Assembly: GCA_946619625.1 (NCBI GenBank)
Contig: CAMOMF010000084.1
Span: 1 to 44,292, forward strand
DNA length: 44,292 nt
Direction: 5' to 3'
Source of the DNA: an uncultured Bacteroidales bacterium
GTDB taxonomy: Bacteria; Bacteroidota; Bacteroidia; Bacteroidales; Paludibacteraceae
The position numbers and the translations under genes are program-made. The notes under the pieces were generated by a model. The model did not search any database, was not told the DNA's origin, and saw nothing but the letters and a program-made list of their open reading frames with translations. Shown here in pieces: positions 42,431 to 44,292 of the stretch (within the stretch, counting starts at the first letter, position 1; each line of letters begins with the position of its first letter).

Positions 42431-44263
42431 ATGAAGAAGGTTATACTTTCCATGCTGTCGCTGGCGGTGCTGGCGGGGGCAAATGCGCAAGAGCAGGACA
42501 AAACACTGCTGACCATTGACGGCGAAGAGATTCGTCAGTCGGAGTTTATCTACATTTACGAGAAAAACAACCAAGAGACCACGATGGACCAGAAATCGGT
42601 GGACGAGTACATGGACCTGTTCATCAATTTCCGCCTGAAAGTGCACGAAGCGGAGATGCTGCGTTTGGACACCGCCTCATCGTTCAAGGAGGAACTGGCA
42701 GGTTATCGTGCCCAGGCAACGCCTAAATACATGACCTACCAGGCAGGTGAGGACTCGATGACAATGCTCAGTTACAATCACATTGCTCGTGACCGCCGCG
42801 CCGCCCATATCGCCATCCAATGCCCGCCGAACGCCGACGACTCAACCGTTCAGGCGGCACTGGCAGCCATCAACGACGCCCGTGTACGTGTCACCGTGGG
42901 CAAACCGCGTGAGGTCAGCCTGAAAGAGATGAAGAAATTGGGCGTTCAGGGCACCAAGATCAAGGGCTCCAAGAAATACCTCATCCAGATACCCGAAGAT
43001 TTCTTCGCCGTGGCACAGGAGGTCAGCCAGGACCCGTCCATTGCCGAGAGCAAAGGCGAACTGGGTTGGATCACCCCGTTCCGCTATGTATGGCCGCTGG
43101 AGAAAGCCGTGTATGAGACCGAAGTGGGTAAGGTGTCGGACGTGTTCCGCTCGGGTTACGGATTCCATATCGCCTTGGTAGAGGAAGAGCGTCCGCACGA
43201 AGAGGTGAATGCCAGCCATATCATGAAAATGACTCCGCGCGGCAATGACTCGCTTGCCGTTGTCGCCAAGCATCAGATTGACTCGCTGTACGACCTGTTG
43301 GTAAAGGAAGGCAGTGACTTTGCGCAACTTGCCACGCTGAACAGCGACGACCGCGGTTCGGCATCCAGAGGCGGTGCGCTGGGGTGGTTCAGCCGCGGCA
43401 TGATGGTCAAACCTTTCGAAGAAGCGGCATTCGCCATGAAGGAAGAGGGGCAACTCAGCGAGCCGGTACGCAGCCAGTTCGGTTGGCACATCATCCGCCT
43501 GGAGGGCAGACGCGGCATTCAGCCCTATGAGGAGATGAAAGACGAACTCAGCAAGCGCGTGCGTATGGACGAACGTCACAAAGAGGTGGACCGCGCTTTT
43601 GTGGAGAAAATCCGTGCCGAGTACCACCTGCCCGCCGACATGGACGACCAAGCCGTACTTGCCGTGGAGAACAGTAACCTCGAGAACAAATACCCCGAGT
43701 TCCGCAATCTTGTCAAGGAGTATCACGACGGAATCCTGCTGTTCAACGTCAGCCTGGATAATGTATGGGACAAGGCCGCCAAGGACACGCTGGGCTTGGA
43801 ACGTTACTTCAAGAAACATAAGAAAGAGTTCACATGGGACGGTCCGCGTTTCAAGGGATATGTCGTTTACTGCAAGGACGAAGACTCGATGAAAGCCGCC
43901 AAGAGCATCCTCCGTTCGGCAAGACCCGACTCCGTCAGCAGTTATATCGACCACCGCATCAACAACGACTCGGTGAAGTTCGTCAAGGTGGAACGCGGTT
44001 TGTGGGCGAAAGGTGCCAACAAAGCCGTGGACAAACTGCAATGGAAAGAGGGCGATTTCACCCCGAGTGAGGAGTATCCGTTCGTGTTCCTCAGCGGCAA
44101 AGTGCTGAAAGCGCCGGCAGAATACACCGACGAGCGAGGCAAAGTGATCAGCGGTTATCAGGACGAGCTGGAAAAAGCGTGGTTGGAAGAACTGCGCGCC
44201 AAGTATCCCGTCTCGGTCAACCAAGAGGCCTTGGACGAAATCAAGGCAAGGTACAGTAAGTAG
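42431..44263 (+). CDS. SurA-like periplasmic peptidyl-prolyl isomerase with two parvulin (PpiC) domains
   Basis: The ATG at 42431 gives the signal peptide MKKVILSMLSLAVLAGANAQ. Parvulin motifs: ESKGELGWITPF...GYGFHIALVEE and RGGALGWFSRGMMVKPFEEAAF...SQFGWHIIRLEG. Confidence 0.9.
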   Translation: MKKVILSMLSLAVLAGANAQEQDKTLLTIDGEEIRQSEFIYIYEKNNQETTMDQKSVDEYMDLFINFRLKVHEAEMLRLDTASSFKEELAGYRAQATPKYMTYQAGEDSMTMLSYNHIARDRRAAHIAIQCPPNADDSTVQAALAAINDARVRVTVGKPREVSLKEMKKLGVQGTKIKGSKKYLIQIPEDFFAVAQEVSQDPSIAESKGELGWITPFRYVWPLEKAVYETEVGKVSDVFRSGYGFHIALVEEERPHEEVNASHIMKMTPRGNDSLAVVAKHQIDSLYDLLVKEGSDFAQLATLNSDDRGSASRGGALGWFSRGMMVKPFEEAAFAMKEEGQLSEPVRSQFGWHIIRLEGRRGIQPYEEMKDELSKRVRMDERHKEVDRAFVEKIRAEYHLPADMDDQAVLAVENSNLENKYPEFRNLVKEYHDGILLFNVSLDNVWDKAAKDTLGLERYFKKHKKEFTWDGPRFKGYVVYCKDEDSMKAAKSILRSARPDSVSSYIDHRINNDSVKFVKVERGLWAKGANKAVDKLQWKEGDFTPSEEYPFVFLSGKVLKAPAEYTDERGKVISGYQDELEKAWLEELRAKYPVSVNQEALDEIKARYSK

Positions 44264-44292
44264 TCTTAATGATGTCGAAATAACGGCATCTC

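Noticed and set aside
1-44292. Mobile element or genomic island boundaries, tRNA or rRNA genes.
   Set aside because: I recognised no integrase, transposase, relaxase or tRNA-like sequence (no GGTTCGAATCC/GGTTCGATTCC T-arm) and no long terminal inverted or direct repeats. Housekeeping genes are interspersed throughout.

Overview
This 44.3-kb chromosomal segment looks like a GC-rich member of the Bacteroidales, possibly Prevotellaceae-like. The grounds are eight to nine Bacteroidetes-type promoters (TTG ... TAnnTTTG), DUF3575 and Mfa-type pilin genes, a PPi-dependent phosphofructokinase and an IspG with an insert domain. I support 27 CDS. Left third (21-11890, minus strand): a type V (Mfa-like) pilus locus. 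It encodes a DUF3575/OmpA protein, an intercalated Bro-N/DinD-like gene, an Mfa1-like stalk pilin, an Mfa2-like anchor, an accessory lipoprotein and a 1526-aa beta-helix/BspA-LRR giant. Middle (12.3-30 kb, plus strand): a candidate sRNA, a small ORF, a U32-family Fe-S protein, two CE8 pectin methylesterases, rplS, uvrB and a PIN toxin-antitoxin pair. It also holds a 1299-aa protein with six CBM25/26-like modules and no catalytic domain, a WecA/MraY-family transferase and an LruC-domain lipoprotein. Right third: ispG and pfp, then a tightly packed minus-strand operon (transglutaminase-like protein, small membrane protein, orphan TolC, a ClpB homologue lacking the whole N-terminal domain, GH3 glycosidase). 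After that come a small unexplained locus (apparently leaderless 142-aa ORF plus a 40-aa membrane peptide) and a SurA-like PPIase. I recognised no rRNA, tRNA, CRISPR array, integrase or transposase. The most unusual observations are: (i) the N-domain-less ClpB embedded in an envelope-type operon; (ii) the pilus locus with a giant distal gene and a Bro-N insertion; (iii) the multi-CBM protein with O-glycosylation-sequon linkers; (iv) short tandem repeats (8, 11, 19, 21, 24 bp) that recurrently start at or just after stop codons; (v) a highly conserved, partly palindromic promoter cassette and a candidate ~105-nt sRNA. All functional calls come from motif recognition by eye. No database search or folding program was available.
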